Notes: generated by a model from the sequence alone, not told the origin. Numbered from the stretch's first letter, positions 47,934 through 58,244 are shown. The stretch is 64,000 bases of DNA from Verrucomicrobiota bacterium (GCA_039818205.1 JBCBUK010000011.1:86013-150012), one strand, 5' to 3'. Made by a program: numbers and translations.

Positions 47934-48206
47934 ATGGCAGACGACGTAATCGAAGTAGAAGGCAAAGTAGTAGCAGTGCTCCCAGGCACCATGTTCCGGG
48001 TTGAATTGCCCAACAAGCACGTCGTGTTGGCCACGATTTCAGGAAAATTGCGTAAGCATTTCATCAAGATCACGACCGGTGATATGGTGAAAATGGAGAT
48101 GTCTCCGTACGACCTCGACAAGGCACGGATCACCTTCCGCCTGCGAAATGTGAACCAACAGCGCAATGCGCCGATTCGTAGTTTTGGTCCCCGCCGTAGG
48201 AGGTAG
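47934..48206 (+). CDS. infA: Translation initiation factor IF-1 with a basic C-terminal extension
   Basis: [37 protein letters not shown]. Confidence 0.95.
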   Translation: MADDVIEVEGKVVAVLPGTMFRVELPNKHVVLATISGKLRKHFIKITTGDMVKMEMSPYDLDKARITFRLRNVNQQRNAPIRSFGPRRRR

Positions 48207-48243
48207 TCTTTAAACGAAACGAATAACCCAACCATTCAACACT

Positions 48244-49197
48244 ATGTCTCTCGCCAGCTCGATTACTGGAACCGTGGGCGGAACTCCGCTCGTGAAGCTC
48301 AACAAGATTTCTGCCGGTCTCGAAGCCGAAATCTACGTTAAGTGCGAATTTTTCAACCCGCTCTCCAGTGTGAAGGACCGTATTGGTCTCGCCATGATCG
48401 AAGCAGCCGAACGGGACGGAAAGTTGAAGCCAGGTGGTCTCGTAGTTGAGCCAACATCGGGCAACACCGGAATCGCTTTGGCCTTTGTCTGTGCATCCAA
48501 GGGCTATCGTTGCCTCTTGACCATGCCGGAAACCATGTCGATGGAGCGGCGCGTATTGCTCCGCATGCTGGGTGCTGAGCTCGTCTTGACTCCTGGGCCC
48601 AAGGGGATGGGTGGCGCAATTGCCCGCGCGAATGAGCTGCTCGCCGAAAACGAGAACTCCTTCATGCCACAACAGTTTGAGAATCCAGCGAATCCAGAAG
48701 TACACCGCCGGACGACCGCGGAAGAAATCTGGTCCGCCACCGAAGGTAAAGTAGACGCTTTCGTATCGGGCGTTGGCACCGGTGGCACGATTACTGGCGT
48801 TTCGGAAGTGCTCAAAGGCAAGACCGAGCTGCATACGGTAGCCGTTGAGCCGGAAGCCAGCCCCGTTATTTCCGGCGGCCAGCCTGGCCCTCACAAGATC
48901 CAAGGTATTGGTGCTGGCTTCATCCCGAAGAACTTGAACACCGATATTGTCGACGAAGTGATTCAGGTCAGTAATGACATCGCTTTTGAAACCGCCCAGC
49001 AAGTTTGCTTAGAAGATGGGTTGCCCGTTGGTATTTCTTCCGGTGCCAATATTTACGCTGCGATGCAGTTGGCCAAGCGTTCGGAATGGGCTGGAAAGCG
49101 AATTGTTACGGTTGCGTGTAGCTCCGTTGAGCGCTATCTGTCCACTCCGTTGGCTGAAAAAGCGCGCCAGGAAGTTGCTCAAGGCTTTGGTATTTAG
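48244..49197 (+). CDS. cysK: Cysteine synthase A
   Basis: [28 protein letters not shown]. Confidence 0.96.
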   Translation: MSLASSITGTVGGTPLVKLNKISAGLEAEIYVKCEFFNPLSSVKDRIGLAMIEAAERDGKLKPGGLVVEPTSGNTGIALAFVCASKGYRCLLTMPETMSMERRVLLRMLGAELVLTPGPKGMGGAIARANELLAENENSFMPQQFENPANPEVHRRTTAEEIWSATEGKVDAFVSGVGTGGTITGVSEVLKGKTELHTVAVEPEASPVISGGQPGPHKIQGIGAGFIPKNLNTDIVDEVIQVSNDIAFETAQQVCLEDGLPVGISSGANIYAAMQLAKRSEWAGKRIVTVACSSVERYLSTPLAEKARQEVAQGFGI

Positions 49198-49254
49198 TGA
49201 GATCTGAAGCTCATTATCAATGAGCAGATCTCAGGTTTAAATTTGTAAATCGAT

Positions 49255-49291
49255 AACCCGCATGGATTTGTTTCGTCCATGCGGGTTTTTT
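49255..49291 (+). terminator. Terminator after cysK
   Basis: aacccgcatgga...tccatgcgggtt followed by a T-tract. Confidence 0.8.
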
Positions 49292-49424
49292 CTAGTCCAG
49301 TTCAACGTGCTTTCGGATCTAGTTTATCGATCCTGAAGACTCGTTCTTAATAAGGTCTAGCCTCTATGCAAAAAAGATTATTCGGGTGCTTGACATCTCT
49401 GTATCAGGAGCGTTACAGATAATA

Positions 49425-49575
49425 ATACTGTAACATTCTTGGCAAACTAGAGAATTTTACCGATACCCTTAGAAGAATTTTGTGTTATATTTTATGTGTT
49501 GGTTAAAACCGACACAGAATAGTAGCAGTAGTGGTAGCTGAAGCCGTCAACCTTTTGGTTGGCGGCTTCTCTTTT
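49425..49575 (+). ncRNA. Putative small RNA between cysK and moxR (5' end uncertain)
   Basis: TTGACA at 49390, hairpin 49495-49516, TAG-rich linker, own terminator 49540-49575; no ORF. Confidence 0.45.
49540..49575 (+). terminator. Rho-independent terminator
   Basis: gaagccgtcaacc-tttt-ggttggcggcttc-tctttt. Confidence 0.8.
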
Positions 49576-49695
49576 GGTTGATCACCAAAGGTATGCAATA
49601 ACTTGCCTTTTATCCGATCGTGGAACATGCTCGTATAATTCGAGTCTGCAGTTAAGGTAGATGTAAGTGTGCCGATGTGATATCAACTTGTACCG

Positions 49696-50673
49696 ATGAG
49701 CCAAACTTCCGAATCCATTCCCGCGCCGCGAATCCGGGAAAGTCTACTAAAGCTTCAGTCCAACATCTCAAAGGTTATTCGCGGGAAGGATGAAACAATC
49801 CAAGATGTTATTGTCAGCCTCATTGCGGGAGGGCATGTCCTTTTGGAGGATTTGCCGGGTTTAGGCAAGACGACCTTGGCTTATTGCCTCGCTCAGTCGA
49901 TCGAAAGCAAGTTTTCGCGCATCCAGTTTACGAGCGATCTGCTGCCAACCGATGTTCTGGGCGTTTCGATTTACGATGAGCAGCAAAAGCAGTTCGTCTT
50001 TAAGAAGGGACCGATCTTTGCGAATATCGTCCTCGCCGACGAAATCAACCGGGCGACTCCGAAAACCCAGTCGGCCTTGCTTGAGGTCATGGACCGCGGA
50101 AAAGTATCAGTCGATGGGGTCACGCACGCCGTCGGTGAACCATTCATTGTTTTTGCTACCCAGAACCCGGTCGACTACGAGGGCACCTTTCCGTTGCCAG
50201 AGAGTCAGATGGACCGATTTTTGATGCGCCTGCAGATGGGATACCCAGACTACGAATACGAGCTGGAAATCCTTGGGGCTGACCAAAGTCGTCGCAGCTA
50301 CGATTCGATCGAAATTTCTCCCGTGCTGACTCAGGAGCAAATCTTTGAGATTCAGCAATTTGTCCCCCAAGTATACGTTGAGGACAGCCTTCTTCACTAT
50401 ATGTTGAAGTTCGTTACCGCGACTCGGACTGAAAGTGAGTTCGAGGCTGGCGTTAGTACTCGGGGAACGCTCGCACTGAAATTGGGGTCCCAGGCAAAAG
50501 CGATCTGCGCCGGGCGAGCGTTCGTCATCCCGGAGGACGTGACGGCTGTCGTTAAGTCCGTGTTTACACATCGACTGGCGTTGCGTCGGCAGACTGCGGA
50601 TCCGCTCGAGGAGCGCCGTGCTGTTGAGGGGATTCTGACTAAACTCATTGATTCCATACCGCTTCCGATCTAA
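49696..50673 (+). CDS. MoxR family AAA+ ATPase
   Basis: [39 protein letters not shown]. Confidence 0.95.
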   Translation: MSQTSESIPAPRIRESLLKLQSNISKVIRGKDETIQDVIVSLIAGGHVLLEDLPGLGKTTLAYCLAQSIESKFSRIQFTSDLLPTDVLGVSIYDEQQKQFVFKKGPIFANIVLADEINRATPKTQSALLEVMDRGKVSVDGVTHAVGEPFIVFATQNPVDYEGTFPLPESQMDRFLMRLQMGYPDYEYELEILGADQSRRSYDSIEISPVLTQEQIFEIQQFVPQVYVEDSLLHYMLKFVTATRTESEFEAGVSTRGTLALKLGSQAKAICAGRAFVIPEDVTAVVKSVFTHRLALRRQTADPLEERRAVEGILTKLIDSIPLPI

Positions 50674-50687
50674 GATACGCCACCTCG

Positions 50688-51860
50688 ATGTCGCGAACCG
50701 CCGAGCCGAAAGGAGAAGCCGCTGCTCAAACCAATGTGTCGGAGTGGGTGGACGGTTCGAAGGGGCGTAACAAGCCGAAGTTTCGCAATGCGTTGTGGCA
50801 AATGCTTTGGATGTTTTTGGTCCCGCCGGAGCGCCATCAGCGCATGGCAATCACGCCGGCCGGTCTCGTGCTGATTATGGTTTCCGTCGGACTGCTGTCC
50901 GCTGCGTATGCCTCCTCAAGCAATAACATTCTCTTCATGGCGCTCTCGCTGGTGCTCTCAACCCTGGTTCTGAGCGGAATCTTGAGCTGGATGAATTTTC
51001 GCGGATCGCAGTGGCGTTTGTTGCTGCCCACGCATTTTCGGGCCGAAGAGCCGGCTCCGGTCGTTGTGGAGCTATGGAATACGAAACGCCTGCTCCCCGT
51101 TTTTAGCGTTTGGACAACGCTGTACACCGATCGGCAAAAGAAGCCAGAGCGTTTGTACTTGGAAGAGCGTCTCGACCCAGGAATTCAGCACAAAATGGAG
51201 TGGCTCTTCACGCCCCATTCGCGCGGCATCGACCAGATCCATTTGTCCGGTTTGGAATCGCAGTTTCCCTTTGGTTTTATCCGCAAAACGATGGGGCGCG
51301 GGCTTGAGCGAGAGATAATCGTGATTCCCAAGCGGATTGATTACGAATTTAAGACCCCGGTGGGCCGAACGGGTCGTCAACTAGGCGCATTAACCCGCCG
51401 ACCAGGAGCGGGTGCCGAGCTGATGAATATCCGCCGCTATCAGAGGGGAGACCCGCAACGGGTGGTCCACTGGAAGGCGACCGCTCGATTGCGCCAGTTG
51501 ATGGTGCGCCAGATGGAGGAGGAAAATCGCGACGGCTATATAGTCTTCGTAGAGACCCCCGAATCAATTTGGCAGGACGCCGACCAGTTTGAGAAAATGT
51601 GCAGCTTTTCGGCCAGCTTGGCGGAGGATTTGTTTCGCGAAGGCCGACTCGTTGGAGTCGCGCTGAACGATGACCCGCTGATTGTTGTGAAGCGGTTGCA
51701 CGACCTCCATATTTTCATGGAAGGGCTAGCACGGGTTGAGCCGACCAAGGCTTATAAGCTCAGTGGCGAACACTACAGCGGAAATTTAATCACCTTTAAA
51801 CCAGGAGCGAAGAAGCACGTTCATGCCTATCTCAGTGGCAACCTCGCGGGTTCGGCTTAG
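50688..51860 (+). CDS. DUF58 domain protein
   Basis: IRRYQRGDPQRVVHWKATAR; follows moxR. Confidence 0.9.
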   Translation: MSRTAEPKGEAAAQTNVSEWVDGSKGRNKPKFRNALWQMLWMFLVPPERHQRMAITPAGLVLIMVSVGLLSAAYASSSNNILFMALSLVLSTLVLSGILSWMNFRGSQWRLLLPTHFRAEEPAPVVVELWNTKRLLPVFSVWTTLYTDRQKKPERLYLEERLDPGIQHKMEWLFTPHSRGIDQIHLSGLESQFPFGFIRKTMGRGLEREIIVIPKRIDYEFKTPVGRTGRQLGALTRRPGAGAELMNIRRYQRGDPQRVVHWKATARLRQLMVRQMEEENRDGYIVFVETPESIWQDADQFEKMCSFSASLAEDLFREGRLVGVALNDDPLIVVKRLHDLHIFMEGLARVEPTKAYKLSGEHYSGNLITFKPGAKKHVHAYLSGNLAGSA

Positions 51861-54111
51861 CGAAGACGAACTCCACCAACTCAAGTGGGTATCCGGTCAG
51901 CTGTTGGCGCTGATCGCGATGTGGTCATTGTGGAGTCTTAATTCGATCCCACATGCGCTGATCTTGGTGTTCATTCTTGGCATCGGTGCGGTCACCGTTG
52001 CCCCAAGTCTGATCGCAAAAATCCCGGCCTGGGTGAACAAGGCGTCCACGCCAGCGTTGATCCTGATTATCGCCGTCGACTTCATTCTGCATGGGGCGAA
52101 TTTCCTGGACCCCATGGTTCGGATGGTGGGTTTCCTGACGCTCTATCGTGCGCTGCAGTTTCGAAAGCGTCGGGAAGATCTCCAGCTTTTGCTGCTTACC
52201 CTGTTTACGCTGATCATTGTCGGGGTGCTTTTGTTGTCGCTGTCGTTTGCGGTTCAAATGCTGGTTTTCACTCCGATTGCGATGGGGCAGCTTTTCCTCG
52301 TCAATTTGTTGGAGTCCACCCGTGAGCGGGTTCTGAACGGGGGGGCATGGCACAACTTCTCTTGGATGCGTTTTGTCGGGCGCCTGCGCCATGGTATGGA
52401 CTTCCGCTTGATCTCGTTTTCGGGCGTGTTGTTCCTGATCGTGGTGGCAATCTCCAGTGTGATCTTTGTTTCGTTACCGCGGATCAAAATGGACCAGGCG
52501 CTGCCGTTCCTGCAATTGCAGTCCGGTTCGGGCATTGGCTTTAGTGACACCATTAGCTACGGAACGGTGAGTGAGCTGCTGGAAGGCGATGACCGCGTTG
52601 CTCTCCGAGTAGAGGTCAGTGATCCGGATCGCATGCCGACTCGTCCCTACTGGCGCATGGTTGTGCTAGACCAATATGATCCGATCGAGAGTACTTTCCG
52701 CGTTTCTCCAGCCCTACGGCATTACACCAACAAACGGATACAGGAAGGCCATCGCTACGAATGCCTAGAGTTGCCTCAGCGCTATCTGGGTGGGACCAAG
52801 ATGGATTCGATGACATACTTTCTCGACGGAAACATCAGCAATTACCTGCCGCTGATTGGCCCGTTTGAATCCATCTCTTTCTCTCAGCGAGTAAAGTTTT
52901 TTGCGGGGGAGGAAATGAATGTTTTTGAGCTAGATGCTGCCTCAGCGAGCACCTTGGGCTATTCGTTGGAACGCGTTGGTCTTGGCGAGTCATTGATCGC
53001 TAGCCGGCGGGAGAAACGTGCCCTGGATGCCATTTATGGAAAGCCCATCTTCGTTGAAGGAAGCCGCGGGGGTAATTCACTGAAAGACATTTCCTATCCG
53101 GAAACGACGCTTACGGTTGCCTTGGATGAGGATGACCGGGCCTACCTTCAGGCTGTTGTCAAAGAGATCACCCAAGGCCAACGACTTAGCGCCACGGAGT
53201 TCAGCCAACGTGCGATGACGTGGCTGCGGAAAAACTATCGTTATAGCCTACAGACCGGATTGGGTAAGCAGGAGCAATCGGATCACCTGATCTACTGGAT
53301 GCAGAATGCGGACCGTGGCTGGTGCGAACATTTTGCTGGTGCATTTATCATGCTGGCGAGAACTGCTGGTTATCCTTCGCGCGCGATTGCCGGTTTTGCC
53401 GGGGCAACGTGGAATGATTACGAGGACTATTTTGTCATCCGCAACAACATGGCTCACGCATGGGTGGAGCTCTACGATGGCGATGGCCAATGGGTCCGGG
53501 TCGATCCAACCCCGGCTGCATCTGGCCTCTTCGCAATGTCCGAAGATGGTATCCTGCAACCCATGCAGACAGAGTCTGGATGGAGCGCGTGGCTCGATAG
53601 CGTGCGGATGGTCTGGTATCGCCGTGTCGTCAATTTCGATCAAGGTGATCAGGAAGAGATTGCGGCTAACTTGCGCGATATGTCGGTGAGCACCTATGAG
53701 CAGCTTCGGCAACAGCTCGCTGAAAAGTGGCAAGCCGTGAAAGTCTGGCTGACCGAAGGCTGGGATTTGGCCAAGGTCCGAGACATCTTTCTCGTGGTTT
53801 TGATCGTGGTCAGCGGTGCGTTGTTCATCCGTTGGCTCTACCAAATGGGGGTCGGTTGGCGTTCCGTGCGTTCACAGGGCAGGGGGCGGCCAGCTAGTGA
53901 TCCGATTCGTCGAAAAGCCGGTCGTCTTCTCATTCGGTTTCGCCCCGCATATACAAATGCTCAAGCGCAGCTTTCTGGCGACGATCTGCAGCCTTGGCGG
54001 TCTATCTATGAAGAGCTGGTGGCTTTGCGTTTCGGTGCAAAACCAAACATCTCGACTTGGAAGGTGACCTTGAAAGCGGCTCGCCGGTTGATGCGCCAAT
54101 CATCTAGCTAG
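51823..54111 (+). CDS. Membrane transglutaminase-like protein (DUF3488 + TGase core, TgpA-like)
   Basis: Multi-TM N-terminus; YWR, GWCEHFA, HAWVE, DPTP catalytic triad. Confidence 0.9.
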   Translation: MPISVATSRVRLSEDELHQLKWVSGQLLALIAMWSLWSLNSIPHALILVFILGIGAVTVAPSLIAKIPAWVNKASTPALILIIAVDFILHGANFLDPMVRMVGFLTLYRALQFRKRREDLQLLLLTLFTLIIVGVLLLSLSFAVQMLVFTPIAMGQLFLVNLLESTRERVLNGGAWHNFSWMRFVGRLRHGMDFRLISFSGVLFLIVVAISSVIFVSLPRIKMDQALPFLQLQSGSGIGFSDTISYGTVSELLEGDDRVALRVEVSDPDRMPTRPYWRMVVLDQYDPIESTFRVSPALRHYTNKRIQEGHRYECLELPQRYLGGTKMDSMTYFLDGNISNYLPLIGPFESISFSQRVKFFAGEEMNVFELDAASASTLGYSLERVGLGESLIASRREKRALDAIYGKPIFVEGSRGGNSLKDISYPETTLTVALDEDDRAYLQAVVKEITQGQRLSATEFSQRAMTWLRKNYRYSLQTGLGKQEQSDHLIYWMQNADRGWCEHFAGAFIMLARTAGYPSRAIAGFAGATWNDYEDYFVIRNNMAHAWVELYDGDGQWVRVDPTPAASGLFAMSEDGILQPMQTESGWSAWLDSVRMVWYRRVVNFDQGDQEEIAANLRDMSVSTYEQLRQQLAEKWQAVKVWLTEGWDLAKVRDIFLVVLIVVSGALFIRWLYQMGVGWRSVRSQGRGRPASDPIRRKAGRLLIRFRPAYTNAQAQLSGDDLQPWRSIYEELVALRFGAKPNISTWKVTLKAARRLMRQSSS

Positions 54112-54197
54112 GATTAGGGCAATCAAATTACTGGGTGTCTTTTGATAGATGCGTTTCCATTTGACGGACGAAAAACAGTTACATTTAATCATCGACG

Positions 54198-54878
54198 ATG
54201 AAAAGCCTAGGTATTGCTGGGGTTGCCCTTCTGATATGTGCCGTCGCATATTTGGCCTACCAAATGAACACCTTAAGCCGGCAAGTTGCGGAGCTCGCCA
54301 AGGCTAATACGGTTCAGGCGATGCGTGAGACTGCGGCGCGGCCTGCGCCCGGGAACATCTCAGAGCAAGAGCTCAAGGACGAGTTTCAGCGATTTCAATT
54401 GGGCATCGAAGAGCAGCTGGAGATGCAAAATGAGACCTTGGCAACCGTGTTGGCGGACCATCTTGAGCTGCAAGCGGAACAGCAATACGAAGTGATGGAC
54501 GAGTATTTGAACTCATCGGCGGTCGAAGATCGTATGTTTGAGATGATCTATGGCTACATCCTCGACTTTATGCATCCAGAAAATATTCGGTCGATAGAGA
54601 AGCAATTGGCTGAGCAGGAGGAGGCATTCCAGGAGGAAGAGCAGCGCCGTTATCCCGAGAAGGCAGTTACGAACAATTTGCGACAGATCGCTTCGGCAGG
54701 GCAGCAATATATTTTGGAAGAAGGCGTTGCGAGTGTGAACTATTCTCAGCTCGTGGGCGAATATATCTACATCGAGCCGGTGAACGGAGAGCGTTACGAA
54801 AACATCGTCATAAACGAGGATGGCGGCACGATCAGGGTGACAACGGCTGACGGCAAAGTAGTCGAATTCACTTACTAG
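54198..54878 (+). CDS. Membrane-anchored coiled-coil protein with a C-terminal pilin-like head
   Basis: N-terminal TM helix; KAVTNNLRQIASAGQQYILEEG. Confidence 0.6.
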   Translation: MKSLGIAGVALLICAVAYLAYQMNTLSRQVAELAKANTVQAMRETAARPAPGNISEQELKDEFQRFQLGIEEQLEMQNETLATVLADHLELQAEQQYEVMDEYLNSSAVEDRMFEMIYGYILDFMHPENIRSIEKQLAEQEEAFQEEEQRRYPEKAVTNNLRQIASAGQQYILEEGVASVNYSQLVGEYIYIEPVNGERYENIVINEDGGTIRVTTADGKVVEFTY

Positions 54879-55153
54879 CGATCCAGGTGACCCAGATCGC
54901 GATCCGGATCCAGTCGATCTCTTACCCGTTGCTTTAGTTCCTTCACGTCGGGGAATCCGCCGTCTTTCTTTCGCTCCCAAAGCGTCTCCTCGTTATAGAA
55001 GATTTCAAAGTGCCCAGGATCTTCTGCGGGCTCCAAGCCAACGCTCTTTAGGTCGTCGACGAACGTGGATAAAAGTTCCTGCGCCATCCAGGCTGAGCGC
55101 ATTAGCCAGTTACACTTGGGACAATAGCGAATGAGAACGGTTGGTTTGGCCAT
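54875..55153 (-). CDS. SelT/SelW/SelH (Rdx) family protein, CxxC form
   Basis: IRYCPKCNWLMRSAWMAQELL, GGFPDVKELKQRVRD. Confidence 0.92.
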   Translation of the reverse strand: MAKPTVLIRYCPKCNWLMRSAWMAQELLSTFVDDLKSVGLEPAEDPGHFEIFYNEETLWERKKDGGFPDVKELKQRVRDRLDPDRDLGHLDR

Positions 55154-55207
55154 AGATCAAAGCGAAGCGATTGCTTGGTTATTTGGCAATCATTCGCGAG
55201 TCGGCGC

Positions 55208-56503
55208 TTAAAGATACTCAATGCTAATGAAGCGTGGGTTCCCGGAGGCCAGTGCGGTAGCGTCGCGGATGGTAACCGTCCACGATCCGTCTCCTTCATC
55301 AGTTTCGCTTACCACGGTGGCGATCAGCGCATCATCGGTTGACCAGCTTCCACCGCTGAACGTGACAGCGCTATTTGACCAGCCGCTGAGATCATTGCCT
55401 ACCATGACGGAGTAAGTGACATCACCTGCCTCGCGGATGCGGACTGTGATTTCGCCGTGTTCGCTGTTGTTGACCTCGGCGGTGGAGACCGTCAATCCGA
55501 CGAAGTCATTTGGGTCAGTTGGATCAAGGCTCAGGGCATATTCATCAAAATTGGTTTTGCCGTCGAGGTCGTAGTCGATGTTCGGTCCCGTCTGGGCAAG
55601 CTCAGAGACTCCGCTGAAAGCAACATCTCTCCAGGTTCCGTAATCGGCTCCGGAGTTACCCGCGAAAGCATCGATAATCTCCTGGATTTCAGTTGCGTAG
55701 TTTCCGACGTAAGCAAATCCGCTCAGGCTGCGCATATCCTCCGTCATTGGGCTTGGGTCGATGTCAATTGCGTCGGCTGCGATAAACCAGTTGATGCCAA
55801 TGACCGTCGGTTGCCCATTCGTAATGTGAATGAGTGGCCCGCCCGAGTCGCCTGGTTGAAGATACGCTTCGTGCGCCACGAAATCGGAATCTCCGTTGAG
55901 GTGCTGGATCGCGCCAAGGGCGACATCGGTGACACCGCTTACCGTGACCGAGGATGTGAAGAATTCCAAGACATTTACCCCGGCGGCCATATTGGTGGCT
56001 CCGCTATAGATCGTCGGTGAATGCCCAATCAAATAAACCGTTTCGCCGCTGTAGGACGAGCTGTTGAAATCAATGACCGAATTGATTTCTTCGGTCGCGA
56101 AGGGGAGAGGAGAATATTCTTCCGGTAGATCGGATTCGAGAATGCCCACCCAGAGGTCGCTATCGCCCAGGCGCTGATCGGCAATGACACGTCGCTGTTC
56201 TGAGGGGCCATTGGGCACATTGTCCTGATGGAACTTTAAGACCGAACCGTTTACGGTGGGGTGAAAGTGCTCCGCGGAAATAATCACGTTCGGGCTAATC
56301 AATGTTCCCCACCGCGAGTTTGCCCGCCCAATCGCGCTGAGATCCTCTTCGACGAGCAGGAATGAGGGATCGTTGGCGAATCGATCGTTTACCAAGGTAT
56401 CGTAGCCGTCGATGACGATTGCGGCTTGAGCAGGGTTAAGAACCAATCCAATCAGTGCACAGCAGCCAACGAGGCTAGCTCTCTCGCGATTTACTTTTGC
56501 CAT
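55208..56503 (-). CDS. Secreted trypsin-like serine protease with a DxDxDG C-terminal module
   Basis: GTLISPNVIISAEH, SDLWVG, GDSGGP. Confidence 0.8.
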   Translation of the reverse strand: MAKVNRERASLVGCCALIGLVLNPAQAAIVIDGYDTLVNDRFANDPSFLLVEEDLSAIGRANSRWGTLISPNVIISAEHFHPTVNGSVLKFHQDNVPNGPSEQRRVIADQRLGDSDLWVGILESDLPEEYSPLPFATEEINSVIDFNSSSYSGETVYLIGHSPTIYSGATNMAAGVNVLEFFTSSVTVSGVTDVALGAIQHLNGDSDFVAHEAYLQPGDSGGPLIHITNGQPTVIGINWFIAADAIDIDPSPMTEDMRSLSGFAYVGNYATEIQEIIDAFAGNSGADYGTWRDVAFSGVSELAQTGPNIDYDLDGKTNFDEYALSLDPTDPNDFVGLTVSTAEVNNSEHGEITVRIREAGDVTYSVMVGNDLSGWSNSAVTFSGGSWSTDDALIATVVSETDEGDGSWTVTIRDATALASGNPRFISIEYL

Positions 56504-56600
56504 CGGTGTTTCAAGGGTCTCCAGGGGCGCATTCGCGGCGACCTGATCTTGGATTATCTAACACAAGAATATAGGCTTAGTTGCACTAATTGCGAATACA

Positions 56601-57254
56601 TTACGCTTTTCGCGTCACCTTCGGCTTTTTACGATTTGGATACAGGGTTCGGCACATTTCGCATATAGTTCCGTCACAGGCGCGGGCGGTGCAATGATCC
56701 CGCCCATAAAAGATGATCTGGAGGTGGAGCTTATTCCAGCGGTCTTCGGGAAAGAGTCGTTTCAGGTCCTTCTCGGTTTGAGCGACACTGGCTCCGGTGG
56801 TCAATCCCCAGCGTTGGGCGAGGCGATGGATGTGGGTATCCACCGGAAAACTGGGCACATTAAACGACTGAGCCATAACGACTTGAGCAGTCTTGTGTCC
56901 AACTCCTGGTAGGGCTTCGAGCGCTTCTAGGTCGGCCGGGACCTCTCCATCATGTTGTTCCAGAAGGATTTCGGAAAGTCGATGGATTGCCTGGGCCTTT
57001 CGCGGCGCCAGCCCGCATGGTCTGACAATGGTGTTGATATCATCGACACTGAGTCGTGCCATGTCGGATGGGTTGTCGGCTTTGGCAAACAGGGCGGGCG
57101 TGGTTAGGTTTACCCGCTTATCGGTGCACTGGGCGGAGAGCAGAACCGCAATGAGTAGCGTGTAGGGATCGGTATGATCCAGCGGAATTGGCGGATTGGG
57201 ATACAATTCCGCCAGTCTCTCATCAATGTGAGCGGCTCGCTCTTTCTTGGTCAC
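56601..57254 (-). CDS. nth: Endonuclease III
   Basis: LSAQCTDKRVN, LPGVGHKTA, VDTHIHR, C-terminal Cys cluster. Confidence 0.95.
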   Translation of the reverse strand: MTKKERAAHIDERLAELYPNPPIPLDHTDPYTLLIAVLLSAQCTDKRVNLTTPALFAKADNPSDMARLSVDDINTIVRPCGLAPRKAQAIHRLSEILLEQHDGEVPADLEALEALPGVGHKTAQVVMAQSFNVPSFPVDTHIHRLAQRWGLTTGASVAQTEKDLKRLFPEDRWNKLHLQIIFYGRDHCTARACDGTICEMCRTLYPNRKKPKVTRKA

Positions 57255-57274
57255 TGGAATAGATCGCCGATCGT

Positions 57275-58195
57275 CTAGAAGGCAATACCACCTTGCAGGC
57301 CAATCGCAAAGGCTGGGTCGACGGTGACCTCGTAGAAGGTGCTGTGGTCATGGCGGAACTTGAACTCGCGCCAAACAATGCCTTCTAAATAGCCCCGAAT
57401 GTAGAATCCACCGCCGAGACGTTGCGTTACACCGCCAGCGAGCACGATCGATTGCTTTTCGACAATTGGGGCGCGGGCAATGCCGGGAATTGGCTGGCGT
57501 GTGCTCAGGCGGAAGAGGTCGCTTTCGTATTCGGTTGTAAAGTCGATCTCCGTAGATTTGTTGCCGGAGATGTCATAGCTAATCGTGAAACCGTTGAAGG
57601 TCCGGAGATTGATGTCTTCGGTAATCTGCCAGTTGAGGATCGGTAGCGGGAGGAGGAACATATCGTCTTCCTCTTGCCCGATTGCCATCACGCCAAGGCT
57701 GAACGAATTAAAGCCGCCGAAGTAATAGGTTGCTGCCACACCCACGCGGTAAGAACCACCCCGACCGAGGTCGCCGCCGTCTCGCTCCGCGCCGAGAGAG
57801 GCACCAAGCACGCCAACGAGACCCCAGTCAGAGTCGACGAAGCGCTGGCCGAAAATAGTATTGAAGTTCAGTTCGTAGGTGTCGCCGAACAGGTCGGGAC
57901 CGCCCCATTGCCAATCGGTATATTCGAATGAGATACCGGCGCGCCAGAATCCGCGCTCCCAGCGTGTAGCATAGTCAACGACAGTCGTGAAGCGGTTGGC
58001 TGCGACATCGCCGTTTCCATTGTCCAGATCCGCCGCAAAGGCGTGTTCGTAGTTTTGACTGATGGTAAATCCGAGCTTCTGCTGGACAGAGATGATGTCC
58101 AAAAAGGTGGTTCCCCCAGTGGCGGATTGGGCGCGGAGCAGACCAGAAGCGGCAAGAAATACAGTCAGTGTGCAAAGCAGCTTAATTCTTAACAT
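57275..58195 (-). CDS. Outer-membrane beta-barrel protein (DUF6268-like)
   Basis: Signal peptide, alternating beta strands, LPLPILNW, terminal Phe. Confidence 0.7.
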   Translation of the reverse strand: MLRIKLLCTLTVFLAASGLLRAQSATGGTTFLDIISVQQKLGFTISQNYEHAFAADLDNGNGDVAANRFTTVVDYATRWERGFWRAGISFEYTDWQWGGPDLFGDTYELNFNTIFGQRFVDSDWGLVGVLGASLGAERDGGDLGRGGSYRVGVAATYYFGGFNSFSLGVMAIGQEEDDMFLLPLPILNWQITEDINLRTFNGFTISYDISGNKSTEIDFTTEYESDLFRLSTRQPIPGIARAPIVEKQSIVLAGGVTQRLGGGFYIRGYLEGIVWREFKFRHDHSTFYEVTVDPAFAIGLQGGIAF

Positions 58196-58244
58196 GCTGC
58201 GCAGCGTGTCCGCATTGGCGGCAAAATCAACTCTGAAACGTATT

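Noticed and set aside
49696..54111. MoxR-DUF58-transglutaminase triad as a novel system
   Set aside because: This is a well-known, widespread gene arrangement
54875..55153. Selenoprotein
   Set aside because: The motif is CPKC with ordinary Cys codons and there is no in-frame TGA
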